A stretch of DNA of 24,946 bases. It comes from a virus (Duplodnaviria; Caudoviricetes). A program made the position numbers and the translations under genes. Below are positions 1 to 9,521 of the stretch, piece by piece (positions within the stretch are counted from its first letter, which is position 1; each line of letters starts with the position of its first letter). The stretch lies in the IMG/VR virus record IMGVR_UViG_3300005326_000343, positions 1 to 24,946 of that record; one strand, 5' to 3'. The notes under the pieces are model-generated. The model was not told where the DNA came from. It did no database searches and saw only the letters and a program-made list of their open reading frames with translations.

Positions 1-572
1 ATCCGGTCACTATTGATTTCAAACCATCGCAAATATCCTGCAAAATCAATAAACCATCGGAACTTTTTAAGGCCCGCCTGTTTACGGTAAGACTCGAAGA
101 GGTCATTTAAAGCGTCTTGCTTGGTAGTCCATTGTCCACAGTACCGGGTTCCATCGGTGGTGTTGTTAGTAGTGATTGTTATATCGGATCTAAGTGGGGC
201 CTGGCCACGGCCTACTTCTACATCTGTATCAACTAGGATCAACTCTAAGAGATCATTATAATTGTAACTAGTTCCCCCGGTTTCCACACAGTCCAATGTA
301 AATGGTTGTCTTAGAAATAACCGGCCTTTGTCCCGCCCTGCTAATTTGTATACTCGTCCATGGTCCTGGTAATCTCTTCCAACGTCTTCTATTATCCCTT
401 TTACTACTGTGAACTCATCTTGCGTTAGGTCATATATGTTGTATTCAAATTCATCCCCTTCTAGGAAGGCGTGAGCAGGTACGGAGATTGGTAAATAGCA
501 TTCAAAATTAGTCGCCGCCTCGTTGACTCTCTTTGTAATAATACTGTTTTTGAGGATGTTATAATCAGTCAT
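1..572 (-). CDS. Tail tip / baseplate-hub-like protein (partial, runs off window edge)
   Basis: Not in ORF track. ATG at 572 with GGAGG 8 nt upstream; reads MTDYNILKNSIITKRVNEAATNFECYL...GIIEDVGRDYQDHGRVYKLAGRDKGRLFLRQP; the G-x-I-E...GRD pattern is typical of hub proteins; lies downstream of TMP. Confidence 0.7.
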   Translation of the reverse strand, partial: MTDYNILKNSIITKRVNEAATNFECYLPISVPAHAFLEGDEFEYNIYDLTQDEFTVVKGIIEDVGRDYQDHGRVYKLAGRDKGRLFLRQPFTLDCVETGGTSYNYNDLLELILVDTDVEVGRGQAPLRSDITITTNNTTDGTRYCGQWTTKQDALNDLFESYRKQAGLKKFRWFIDFAGYLRWFEINSDR

Positions 573-2073
573 AGACATAACCTCCTATCTTTACACTGTG
601 TTTGACAATTGGAGTTACTCCAGGGAGGTATTTGGATTTAAATAATAATCCTGCCTTAATTTCCAAGTTTTTAGAAACGAACTTCCAAGTTCCAGATAGA
701 TCCGATATTGTTGGTTCATTTTCAATATGTTTGGTGATTAATACATTGTCCAGGAATCCTGGGATGTAATACCCCCATCCGGGAGGTTGTGCTCCTACAA
801 CGATAAATAATCCGTCTGGGAGTGTGGTGTCAATATCTCCCTCTGATTTAAGAATATTATTAACATAAATTTTTGCAACGCCGTCTTCTACGTCAATTTT
901 AACATCTACACTATACTCTTGCACCCCTCCGTACGATTCATACGCTTGTGTGTGATTGTTAACTTGGCTCCAGAGGTAAGTATCTCCGGGCTGCCCCCCT
1001 AGATTGCTAAACCCACTTATTGCGGCTGTGGTATTATCTAATGAATTTCCTAATGCTATGCCCATAAATCCTACACTGTAAGAATTTACTATACCCACAT
1101 TTGCCTTTACTCTATATTTATCAGTTAAAGTTGCTGCTGCTTTTAACCTGCTGCACCAACTCCCTAAACCTTCTATTCTACAAGACGTTGCAGTAGTAAC
1201 TTCTAATCGTCCATTGTTAATAGATTGAGTTATACTTCCTGCATCCTCTATCCATTTTTCATTATCCAATACTGTACCTGAAAAATTGTCATAGAATAAT
1301 ACAACATCGTTAAGGTTGCTTTGACTTAATGCATTTGGGTTTCCAGTGTAAACATATATCCTGGCGGTGTCAGGAGTTGCAGGTAAGACTGGAAGTTCAA
1401 TTATAAATGTAGCCGTGTCACTGTCTGTCTTTGAGTATATTCCATAATTAAGCTCCGTTCCGTTTTCATCAACAAATCTGAGGTCTGAAAAGTCAGTATT
1501 CATCATTCCAACAGAATAAAGAATCGTCTTTTCGATAGGGTAATCTGTTTCTGCTGTACCATTTCCAGTGATTGTGAAATAGTCATAATATAACCAGTCC
1601 CTGTAATTCTCCCATCCGGGAGGTGCACCTGACTCGGTGTCATTTATTTGGGGGTTGAAAGTCCATTGTTTTTCCCCAGGTATGGCCGTACTTGGAGGTA
1701 AATATTTCAAGTAGAAAGTTTGAGATCCAGAACTATTCACGGTAACGTCTAACGTATTTGAGTAAGCTATCTGATCCGTACTGAAAAAGGTTGAAAGGTA
1801 TGTGTCAAGACCACTACCAAGGGGATTTATTACTGATGCAATACACTGAAGGGTTAAGTTTACGTTACTTGTACCTCCGTTGGTGATTGTGATTTCCTTC
1901 TCTCGTGGCATCTCTCCAGGGACCACGCTTTCAAAGTGGAGTTCATTAATAGTCATCCCATTTTCATCAATAAAATCAAGGTTCACAGACTTTTCACGGC
2001 CTGTTACTCGTGGAACTGGTATTGATACGGCTCCGCCTGCGATTGTAGGGCTTGTTACAAGTGCATCTACCAT
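565..2073 (-). CDS. Minor tail / adhesin protein with DUF2341-like and lectin-like beta domains
   Basis: DFSDLRFVDENGTELNYGI...IYVYTGNPNALSQSN...FYDNFSG matches the DUF2341 pattern; N-terminal Ig-like segment; located in tail module. Confidence 0.75.
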   Translation of the reverse strand: MVDALVTSPTIAGGAVSIPVPRVTGREKSVNLDFIDENGMTINELHFESVVPGEMPREKEITITNGGTSNVNLTLQCIASVINPLGSGLDTYLSTFFSTDQIAYSNTLDVTVNSSGSQTFYLKYLPPSTAIPGEKQWTFNPQINDTESGAPPGWENYRDWLYYDYFTITGNGTAETDYPIEKTILYSVGMMNTDFSDLRFVDENGTELNYGIYSKTDSDTATFIIELPVLPATPDTARIYVYTGNPNALSQSNLNDVVLFYDNFSGTVLDNEKWIEDAGSITQSINNGRLEVTTATSCRIEGLGSWCSRLKAAATLTDKYRVKANVGIVNSYSVGFMGIALGNSLDNTTAAISGFSNLGGQPGDTYLWSQVNNHTQAYESYGGVQEYSVDVKIDVEDGVAKIYVNNILKSEGDIDTTLPDGLFIVVGAQPPGWGYYIPGFLDNVLITKHIENEPTISDLSGTWKFVSKNLEIKAGLLFKSKYLPGVTPIVKHSVKIGGYVYD

Positions 2074-2086
2074 GTTATAACTCTCC

Positions 2087-2524
2087 TTAGGTTACAGGGT
2101 CAGTTAGGACTATTCCGTCTGTCCATTCCACTGTGAAACTTCCCCCACTACTGACTACATCGGCGCCAAAATCAACATATCCTATAAGGGGCCGGGTTGC
2201 GTTAGTGGCTGGTGTTGCATCATATAACACTAAATATCTGGCTGTGATTGTAGAACTAGCCCAGATAAGGTCATCTGCGGCTATTTGTAAAGTGTTTGTG
2301 GGGGCATCATAAGTCAGTACAATATTCTCAAGGAGCATACCGGCAATGATATAACCGTCCCCACTGACCTCATGAGTTACATCATCTTTAAAGTCATGAG
2401 TATCTTGGTTTGGAACATACTCATTAGTACAGAGCATCCCACGGATATAATCATCTTCAATGTTGATTAGCCCTCTCCAGAGGTGTTCTCTTAATTTCCC
2501 GTAAGCTTTTGCAGTAACTGTCAT
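2087..2524 (-). CDS. Minor tail protein
   Basis: HEVSGDGY...ADDLIW...TARYLVLYDAT...LIGYVDFG pattern of small siphovirus minor tail proteins; position in tail module. Confidence 0.7.
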   Translation of the reverse strand: MTVTAKAYGKLREHLWRGLINIEDDYIRGMLCTNEYVPNQDTHDFKDDVTHEVSGDGYIIAGMLLENIVLTYDAPTNTLQIAADDLIWASSTITARYLVLYDATPATNATRPLIGYVDFGADVVSSGGSFTVEWTDGIVLTDPVT

Positions 2525-3336
2525 AAGAATTCCACCCTAACCCATTGTAACCATGCACCATGATTTGGATTGTCATTAGGTTCATGGCCCGTGGTGTAAG
2601 CTTCTATTACTGTTGGTGCTGTTGCCGGATCGAAAGTAAACTTCTGTTCCTGGAATGGTTGGTTTGTGTTATCATCGTGACTGTAAATCCATTCACGGCT
2701 ACCCTCAATACTCCCGGTGACATAAATTGATGCAGGTAAGGTACAGGCGGATCCATAAAATGTAATTGACTTAACAGCCCTGGCCTCGGTTATCTTCATA
2801 TATCCTATTTCAGTACCATAGGCTCCAGAAGAGATTGCCGCATCTGCCTTAACCCAAACTCCACCTCCACTATCATAGTACCATTCATGAAACTCTATAT
2901 TAGTATATTTATGGTACCCTGTTGGTGGGTCTGGAGTGTAAATAGTGAACCCACCGGCAACACTTTCCTCATATTCTATTACAAGAGTGAAAGGAATTCC
3001 ATCTTGACTGAAACCATCATAACTTATAGGGATTTTGTGAAGGGCACATCGTGACCATGTATTAGTCCCATCAGTAACACTGATAATATGGTCCGTGGGG
3101 CCAACACTGAGATGAGTTCCCCCGTTTTCTCGTTCTGTGTTGCTGATCCGTTCCGATGCGATGTCTTCAAATCTTTGGATTTCAAGCCGTGGATCCGTAC
3201 CTGTAGAAAGTGATGTTTTTGCCAGGCAGTTGATTGTAATAGTCCTCTTAGTAGGATCAATAACAGGGTCGTTTATAATGAATACTGGAGTCAATCCACC
3301 AATAACCCATGCTGTGTAATCGCTCATAGTTCCCAT
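2521..3336 (-). CDS. Putative distal tail (Dit-like) protein with extra C-terminal beta domain
   Basis: First gene after TMP; start moved to ATG 3336 because GGAGATGA lies 4 nt upstream; function inferred from synteny. Confidence 0.55.
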   Translation of the reverse strand: MGTMSDYTAWVIGGLTPVFIINDPVIDPTKRTITINCLAKTSLSTGTDPRLEIQRFEDIASERISNTERENGGTHLSVGPTDHIISVTDGTNTWSRCALHKIPISYDGFSQDGIPFTLVIEYEESVAGGFTIYTPDPPTGYHKYTNIEFHEWYYDSGGGVWVKADAAISSGAYGTEIGYMKITEARAVKSITFYGSACTLPASIYVTGSIEGSREWIYSHDDNTNQPFQEQKFTFDPATAPTVIEAYTTGHEPNDNPNHGAWLQWVRVEFL

Positions 3337-3340
3337 GGTT

Positions 3341-6190
3341 TCATCTCCTACCATCAACTGTGGATATTCCCATGTTGCTAACCTGTATTCCTAATGTTTC
3401 TGCCAATCCATCACCTGTTCCTCTTGCTAACTCATTACCTACTTTGTAAGGATCGCTGCCTTCTGGGATAGTTATAGGTCCAGTAAATTCCACCTTAATG
3501 TCTCTGATATTCTGAGAAGCTCCAGGGGATAAAGAAGGAGCAATTAAGTTAGGGCTGATCTTATTCAGTCCAGCGCTAATTGCACCTTTGGCACGGTTTA
3601 ACCCTATACCTATATTTTCAGCAAAAATAGAACCAATATTCAGGCCATCCTTGTCGATATTCATCAATGGGCCTTCAACTGGTGGGCTGTTGGCCATGAA
3701 TCCCTTGGATACATTCGCTAAAGCATTGTTAATACTAGAAGTGCTTGATGAAATCCCAGAAGCTATTCCACTGCCTAACGTTTGTCCTATACTCTGGCCA
3801 GACTTCATTATTTGATTAAGGGTACTATAAGACTGTAACTGTTCAAGTTCTTTCTTTATTGCTAAAACACTAGCATATGAACCTTCTCCAGCCCTATAAT
3901 TTTCTTTAGCTTGCTGTAACTCTAATTTTTTCTCTTTTATTGCATCGCTTCGTATTCTTAAGAGTTCTGCCGTGGAATATGTTGATTTAGGCATAGAAAT
4001 ACCCATATCTCCAAACATACTAGACAAAGCCGAGAAAGAACCGGCCACTCTGGCCATTGCATTTTCCCATGCGGCGGCGCTGTTGTGGGCTGATATTTCC
4101 ATACTATACTGCATTCGTTCGCCGGCCGACATTGCACTGGCAGCCATACTGTCATAAGTTGCATAGGTTTTTTTGTCAAGGTTGTTTAAGTCTTCAAATG
4201 TTTTAGCAACTCCGTCGGCTCGGGCCTGTCTAATCTTAGCCTCGGCTTCTTGAGTAGATACAACGGCCCTCTGATTAGACGTGTTTACGAGTACATCGTA
4301 TGGGTTGCCTATCCCTGCCAGCATATTTGTGATGCTCATGGTGTTTGGGTCTTCTAAATTTAGACCGCTTCTGAATCCTTCTCGTAATCCACTTCCTAAA
4401 GATTTACCGTACTCATTCATGTTTTCAGGAGTTACCGTAGATAATGGTCCAGTTTTAGCCGGACTGTGAGGGAAATAATCACTTATTCTTTGCAATACAT
4501 CATCAAGATCAGGGATGCTGTCAGAGATACCTCTGGTTAGATCATTGATCCAATTCTTTCCAGATTCGTATAAGTCCGCCCCAAAACTTTTAATATCATC
4601 AATAAATTCGTCAAGGGCAACGATTGGAGAATTAAGTGCAGTTATGAATGTATCTGCTAAGTATGCCCCAAATCCTTGTATAGAAGCCCATAATCCGTCA
4701 ATACTTGCCCTGACCTGTTCATTATTCTGATATAATAAGACTAATCCCGCCACCAAAGCAGTTACCGCAAGGATAGTTAGACCAATTGGGTTAGCAAAAA
4801 AGGCAGTATTTAATAACCATTGGGCTGCTGCCGCAACCTCCGTGGCTGCGGCTTGTGCGTATGTTAAAGCTATTCCTGCACCTTTAACAACAAGGTCCTT
4901 AGCATAAGCTGCAGCGGAGGCCCACATCTCCACATTAAGAAGACGCTGAGCTAATATCTGGGCATTAGTGGCAATAATATGGGCATCGGCTGCTAATGTT
5001 GAAGTATTGATTCCAAGTAAATTCAACGCCCAACTAATTTTTAAAGTGTCCAAAATGAATTTCAAAGTACCCAATGTTCCTACAAGGAATGTGAACCCTG
5101 CTACAAGAGCAACCACCCCAGTTAATACTCCCTTACTCACAGGATCTAAACTAGACATCCATCCGGCAACACCATTTATTGCATTAGCTAAAGCTTCCAT
5201 TGCAGGAATAGCAATAGGGAGAATTAATCCTCCAAAAACACGATTCAAATATCCCCAGGCCCTCCCCATTATGTCAATTAAATGCTGCCAGCTTGTTTTA
5301 TATTCTTCATTTGCAGCTTTAGAATCATTAACTGCCATTATAGAATTTAGCATTTCGGCCCTTTGGGTTTCGGTAGCGTTTTTGAATTTCTCTCGGAACT
5401 CGTCCATCGTCAAGCCGGTGGCTTCGTAAACATCTCCTGTGGTTATTCCTAACTGAATCAAAGACTGGGGCCGTATGGCTCCAGTGCTCACCATTACTTT
5501 AAACTTGTTTGAAACCGCCTCTATGCTACTACCAGTTCTATATGCGGTTGCAGCGATATTTTCAAAGCTAGTTTCTAATAAATCACTACTCGTTATTCCT
5601 GCGGTTCCCATACTAATTAGGAAATCTCTAGCTTCTGATGCACTCCTGCCAGTAACGCTAGTCATTTCTTTAACAGCAGTTCCCCAATCAGATTCAGCAT
5701 TGTCCGCCCCAGTTTCCATTGCTAAACCAACACGCCCCCAACTATCTTCATAATACCCTGCAGCATTAGCAGCATCTATAAAAACAGCACTGAGACCTAA
5801 AGCCACGACGGCCCCGGCTGCCGCTGTAAAGGCATCAGTTGATTCTGCAGCAGAATCTATTTCAGTTGACGCATTATTCGCTTCAGTAGCCGTGCTTCCT
5901 AGATCATTTCCTAATGCGTTTGCATGTGCTGCAGCTTCATTTAAGGAAGATGAATCAATACCTTCTATACCACTTCCAACACTTTCTGCAGATTCACTCA
6001 CTGATTCAAGTTCTGAAGCCACCTCATCAGAGACAGTTGCCACTTCAGATAGGGAAGCTGTGTCAGTATTGATCATCAATTCAATTGTCTGATCAGCTAG
6101 ACCATCTAATTGAGATGCTACCGCATCAAGTTTAGCTGATATATCGTCAATGTCACCAGTGACACTAATTCCTAAGCTTTTATCGCTAAT
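3341..6190 (-). CDS. Tail tape measure protein
   Basis: About 950 aa, Ala/Gly-rich and helical; AAQWLLNTAFFANPIGLTILAVTALVAGLVLLY and HSPAKTGPL motifs. ORF-track start GTG 6199 lies within the RBS; ATT 6190 proposed as start. Confidence 0.92.
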   Translation of the reverse strand: MSDKSLGISVTGDIDDISAKLDAVASQLDGLADQTIELMINTDTASLSEVATVSDEVASELESVSESAESVGSGIEGIDSSSLNEAAAHANALGNDLGSTATEANNASTEIDSAAESTDAFTAAAGAVVALGLSAVFIDAANAAGYYEDSWGRVGLAMETGADNAESDWGTAVKEMTSVTGRSASEARDFLISMGTAGITSSDLLETSFENIAATAYRTGSSIEAVSNKFKVMVSTGAIRPQSLIQLGITTGDVYEATGLTMDEFREKFKNATETQRAEMLNSIMAVNDSKAANEEYKTSWQHLIDIMGRAWGYLNRVFGGLILPIAIPAMEALANAINGVAGWMSSLDPVSKGVLTGVVALVAGFTFLVGTLGTLKFILDTLKISWALNLLGINTSTLAADAHIIATNAQILAQRLLNVEMWASAAAYAKDLVVKGAGIALTYAQAAATEVAAAAQWLLNTAFFANPIGLTILAVTALVAGLVLLYQNNEQVRASIDGLWASIQGFGAYLADTFITALNSPIVALDEFIDDIKSFGADLYESGKNWINDLTRGISDSIPDLDDVLQRISDYFPHSPAKTGPLSTVTPENMNEYGKSLGSGLREGFRSGLNLEDPNTMSITNMLAGIGNPYDVLVNTSNQRAVVSTQEAEAKIRQARADGVAKTFEDLNNLDKKTYATYDSMAASAMSAGERMQYSMEISAHNSAAAWENAMARVAGSFSALSSMFGDMGISMPKSTYSTAELLRIRSDAIKEKKLELQQAKENYRAGEGSYASVLAIKKELEQLQSYSTLNQIMKSGQSIGQTLGSGIASGISSSTSSINNALANVSKGFMANSPPVEGPLMNIDKDGLNIGSIFAENIGIGLNRAKGAISAGLNKISPNLIAPSLSPGASQNIRDIKVEFTGPITIPEGSDPYKVGNELARGTGDGLAETLGIQVSNMGISTVDGRR

Positions 6191-6310
6191 GAGAATCACA
6201 TCCTAAGTATAATAAAATAAAAGACATTCTACTACGTTTTACTAAATAATAAACAAAAAATTAAATACTAATTAAAATAAAAATATGCATAATTTAAAGG
6301 AGGGGATTGG

Positions 6311-6937
6311 ATGGGTTATCTTGTTTGTAATAAATGTGGAAGATATTATCAACTCCAAAATGGAGAAACTCCTGGCGATTTCACAGAAGAATGTGAATGC
6401 GGGGGAAAATTACGATACGTGGAATCTCTAAACAATGCTGACCCTAATCAGGAAAATAAAGAGAATAAAATTAATAAAAAAGGATTATTAAAGGTGTGGA
6501 AAAGTCAGAGTGATGGAATCAAGGTTTTAGGAATTTGTTTAGTTTCTATTGCAGCACTATTCGTCTTTTTGGGTGGGGCTTATTTAGTAAGTGGAAATAA
6601 TAATTCGGGAAACTTAATTTCTATTACAAATGATGAAATTATGTATGCAGATGGATCAAATACTTCTTTCATATTTACCGCAGAATTAACTCCTGCTAAA
6701 AACTTTAACTACCTTCAAATGGTTACAATATGGTATGATTCATCAGGTAAAGTTCTGAAAAGAGATCCTATTACATGGAACATAAATGCTGCGCAAAGTG
6801 GGAAAACATATAAAATTAATTCTAAGGAATATTTAGACTCAGCACCTTCAAAAGTTACTATATTAGTTTTTGATTCTAGATCAGACACTTCTGATGATTC
6901 CAAAGCCATCTATAAAAAAACAATTACATTTACTTAA
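6311..6937 (+). CDS. Zn-ribbon + single-TM membrane protein with extracellular FxLYD-like domain (moron; candidate superinfection exclusion)
   Basis: [15 protein letters not shown]...CECGGKL N-terminus, hydrophobic helix [22 protein letters not shown], then WYDSSGKVL beta domain; AT-rich, own GGAGG RBS, opposite strand to the operon. Confidence 0.8.
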   Translation: MGYLVCNKCGRYYQLQNGETPGDFTEECECGGKLRYVESLNNADPNQENKENKINKKGLLKVWKSQSDGIKVLGICLVSIAALFVFLGGAYLVSGNNNSGNLISITNDEIMYADGSNTSFIFTAELTPAKNFNYLQMVTIWYDSSGKVLKRDPITWNINAAQSGKTYKINSKEYLDSAPSKVTILVFDSRSDTSDDSKAIYKKTITFT

Positions 6938-6945
6938 TAAAATAG

Positions 6946-6974
6946 AGAAATGATTTATACAATCATTTCTTTTT
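6946..6974. terminator. Inverted repeat between convergent genes, probable terminator
   Basis: AGAAATGATT-tatac-AATCATTTCT, a perfect 10-bp inverted repeat followed by a T run on the plus strand. Confidence 0.55.
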
Positions 6975-7220
6975 AGCTCTATTCTTTTCTATAAGTTCTT
7001 GGTTTGCTTTCATTTCTTCTTCAATCATGGCCTCCGCATCTACAACACATTCACCAGAGCCATTATCCACAAACTCATCAGGTTTGTTATAGTATTCAAT
7101 CCGTTCTAAGAAATGGGGATAATCCATGTTTAGGATTTCTTCTTCCGTTTTTTTCGTGATTTTTTCGAGGGCATAGACGTTGGCACGGGTTTGTCTGAGG
7201 AATCTTTCAACGGAAAAGGG
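6963..7220 (-). CDS. -1 frame extension of tail assembly chaperone (gpGT-like C-terminal part)
   Basis: Open for 85 codons from the slippery site: PFSVERFLRQTRANVYALEKITKKTEEEILNMDYPHFLERIEYY...RAKKK-stop; no RBS-linked start seen at its 5' end. Confidence 0.8.
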   Translation of the reverse strand, partial: PFSVERFLRQTRANVYALEKITKKTEEEILNMDYPHFLERIEYYNKPDEFVDNGSGECVVDAEAMIEEEMKANQELIEKNRAKKK

Positions 7221-7630
7221 CCATCTTCACTCATGAGCTCCTTTACTGCTTTAGCTGCTTTAGGGTTTGGATTTGTGGTAATCTCAACAATTTTGGCACA
7301 TAATGAAAGTAACTCCTCTCCAAGCCTATATTCTTCAGGAAATTTGTCTCCAGTTTTAATATTCTTAACCGCTAAATCAACCATCTTATTACTGAAACCT
7401 ACCATTGATTTCTCATTTTCGGGATCATCTTCTTCATTGTCTACATTACCATACAATAGGTTGTTAGCTTCATCGAATTTCCCGGCCTTCCTTAATTCAG
7501 TATATTCCCCATGTAGCTTAGTGAATTGTGCCACGTATCTCATATCTTTAACTTTCAAAGGATTTATAATCCATTCCTGACCGTCTGGAGTTTTAAAAGT
7601 TTCTGGTTTTCTAAAGTTTAATCTATTCAT
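7130..7630 (-). CDS. Tail assembly chaperone (gpG-like)
   Basis: Lies between tail tube and TMP; INPLKVKDM motif; contains slippery heptamer; start ATG 7630 chosen from GAGGTG spacing. Confidence 0.8.
   Translation of the reverse strand: MNRLNFRKPETFKTPDGQEWIINPLKVKDMRYVAQFTKLHGEYTELRKAGKFDEANNLLYGNVDNEEDDPENEKSMVGFSNKMVDLAVKNIKTGDKFPEEYRLGEELLSLCAKIVEITTNPNPKAAKAVKELMSEDGPFPLKDSSDKPVPTSMPSKKSRKKRKKKS
7214..7220 (-). promoter_or_regulatory. Programmed -1 ribosomal frameshift site C CCT TTT
   Basis: X XXY YYZ heptamer correctly phased in the chaperone frame (GGC CCT TTT CCG). Confidence 0.8.
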
Positions 7631-7670
7631 GTGCATTTGCACCTCACTTTGTTTAGTGGATATTTTAATT

Positions 7671-7695
7671 TAAAAGAAAAATAAAAAAGGGAAAG
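7671..7695 (-). terminator. Oligo-T terminator after tail tube gene
   Basis: Minus strand TTTCCCTTTTTTATTTTTCTTTT; the same TTTCCCTTTTTT core follows the MCP gene. Confidence 0.5.
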
Positions 7696-7705
7696 ATTTT
7701 GGGTT

Positions 7706-8473
7706 TTAGGTTTCAACCGGGGTCACTATTAATGGAACCTTAGCGCAGGTAATGTCCAGGGCGAACTGAGCATTGTCTCCAGCTTTAACGTCGGTTAAAG
7801 ATTTCATGGTTGCCCTTATTTCTCTTAGGTACATACGTCCCAGGACCGTGTCTCCACGTTTATACAGCACATAGGCCCACATTGTCTTTGGTTCGGAGAC
7901 CATCTGATGGACATCCACATCAACAGAGGGGGTTTCTGTTCCATCGTAGTCTTCAAAGCAGACTTCAATTAATGTATCCAGGTTTCCTATGAGTTCATCT
8001 TGTGTCATTGATATTTCCATGGCTCCAAAACTGGTGAACTTAACTTCTTCTTCTAGCTCTTCATAGGTTTTACTGTCTTGTTTTACTTCAACCTTTACGT
8101 TCTGTTGGATTATGGGTCTAAATTCTCTTACAAAGTACGCTTTAACTATTACAGGTGTGCTGGTTGTTGATAATGCAGGGGCGTTGGTTAAGGTTATGGT
8201 TCCTGTGGTTGCATCATATTCAGTTGTGGTTACGGTTGCCCCTACTCCCGAGGTGACAACCTGGACGAGTATGTCATCATTGGTTGCCTCTAATGAAACC
8301 CCTCTGTAGGGGAACACTGGCAGATTCGCAGCCGGGATCACGAACTCTTTATTACTTCCATCACAGGCCCCAGTAAGTGTCACGCCTGCGGTGTCTTCTA
8401 CTCCAAGGTATAATCCTACATTTCGGCCCTGTAAGGCTAAAACATCATTTGTGGTTGCTAATGATATTGTCAT
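7706..8473 (-). CDS. Major tail tube protein with inserted Ig-like domain
   Basis: Start ATG 8473 after GGAGG; N-terminal LQGRNVGLYLG strand; inserted GACDGSNKEF...YDATTGTITLTNAPA segment; position before the chaperone. Confidence 0.8.
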   Translation of the reverse strand: MTISLATTNDVLALQGRNVGLYLGVEDTAGVTLTGACDGSNKEFVIPAANLPVFPYRGVSLEATNDDILVQVVTSGVGATVTTTEYDATTGTITLTNAPALSTTSTPVIVKAYFVREFRPIIQQNVKVEVKQDSKTYEELEEEVKFTSFGAMEISMTQDELIGNLDTLIEVCFEDYDGTETPSVDVDVHQMVSEPKTMWAYVLYKRGDTVLGRMYLREIRATMKSLTDVKAGDNAQFALDITCAKVPLIVTPVET

Positions 8474-8605
8474 GTTTTTTATTCCTCCAATTATTTTTTT
8501 AATGCTTTTATTCACGTTTTTAAGTTAAATTATCTTATTAAATAGAGTTGTAACTATCATGATGGCTTTTTAAACCTCCTAGAAAAGTTAATATAAAAAA
8601 AGTAA

Positions 8606-9100
8606 TTATGGTGTAGGTACTGGTTCTTCTTCATCTGGGAGTGGTGGGATCCACAGTCCTTTATATTCAAACCTTACACCACTAGTGTAATAATAATCGC
8701 CTTCAACATTTTTAAGCTCATAGCGGTCTCCGATTACAGCCGTTGGAAGTATGGTTCCAACTTCAATAATACGGTCTCCGAGCCCAGGGTCTTTAATCAT
8801 TTCAGTTGCGATAATATCAGGGGCTTCATCATTCATGTCCTGAGCATGTTCAACATCCTTTTGATACCATAGGATAATCCATCCTTCGGCAGTGACTTCA
8901 TGATTAACATCTTCAAGGCTGCCTTTAACATCCTTCATTGGTTTTGTAAAGTCTATAACGGCGCTCCTATCCACTAGACCTTTATCTTTATGTCCCCTGA
9001 TTGCTCTTTCAACCAAGGTTATGCCTTCAAGGTCAGTTCCATCTGTGAATGATAAGGTTTTAAGCCATGATTGGATTTCCTTTTCAATCTCTTTCTTCAT
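8606..9100 (-). CDS. Putative tail terminator protein
   Basis: Synteny (just before tube gene), size, DPGLGD motif; start ATG 9100 after GGTGA overlaps the upstream stop. Confidence 0.6.
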   Translation of the reverse strand: MKKEIEKEIQSWLKTLSFTDGTDLEGITLVERAIRGHKDKGLVDRSAVIDFTKPMKDVKGSLEDVNHEVTAEGWIILWYQKDVEHAQDMNDEAPDIIATEMIKDPGLGDRIIEVGTILPTAVIGDRYELKNVEGDYYYTSGVRFEYKGLWIPPLPDEEEPVPTP

Positions 9101-9519
9101 GAGATCACCCATTCACCAAAGTTGTCAATGATATTTTCTACTTCTCCCTCTCCACTGTCAACAGTGTCAGCCATGTAATCATTAGGGGTTGTAGGGCCTG
9201 ACCTCATTACAGGATGGCTTAATTCAGGCCAGTATAAAGCTTTCTTATTCACAGGTACAACTTCACCACGACCTAATATAATCCATGCAAAGTGTTTAGC
9301 CATGGCCCAGACTATTCCTGCGAACTCACTTTCCATGTCGTAGGTGGTGCTCTGTCTTAGTTCGCTGCTTTTCTCTGGAGCTAAGACGGAAGCTATGAGC
9401 ATATAAGTATTGAGAATGTTCTGGACCATATAATGGAACTGTTCTCTTAGTCCGGATCGTGTCTCATCTAACCAGGATTGGACTTCCGCCTTATCCACTT
9501 TGAACTTTATCCAACCCAT
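9097..9519 (-). CDS. HK97 gp10-like tail completion / neck protein
   Basis: APEKSSELRQS (cf. aPvdTG.Lr.S), PVNKKALYW and GPTTPNDYM motifs. Confidence 0.75.
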   Translation of the reverse strand: MGWIKFKVDKAEVQSWLDETRSGLREQFHYMVQNILNTYMLIASVLAPEKSSELRQSTTYDMESEFAGIVWAMAKHFAWIILGRGEVVPVNKKALYWPELSHPVMRSGPTTPNDYMADTVDSGEGEVENIIDNFGEWVIS

Positions 9520-9521
9520 GA

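Noticed and set aside
565-2073. Diversity-generating retroelement target or invertible adhesin cassette
   Set aside because: No reverse transcriptase, recombinase, or template/variable repeat pair noticed in the window
8525-8581. AGGAGGT followed by 11-codon ORF MIVTTLFNKII before the tube gene
   Set aside because: RBS-to-ATG spacing of 13 nt is long and the peptide is uninformative; possibly a relic
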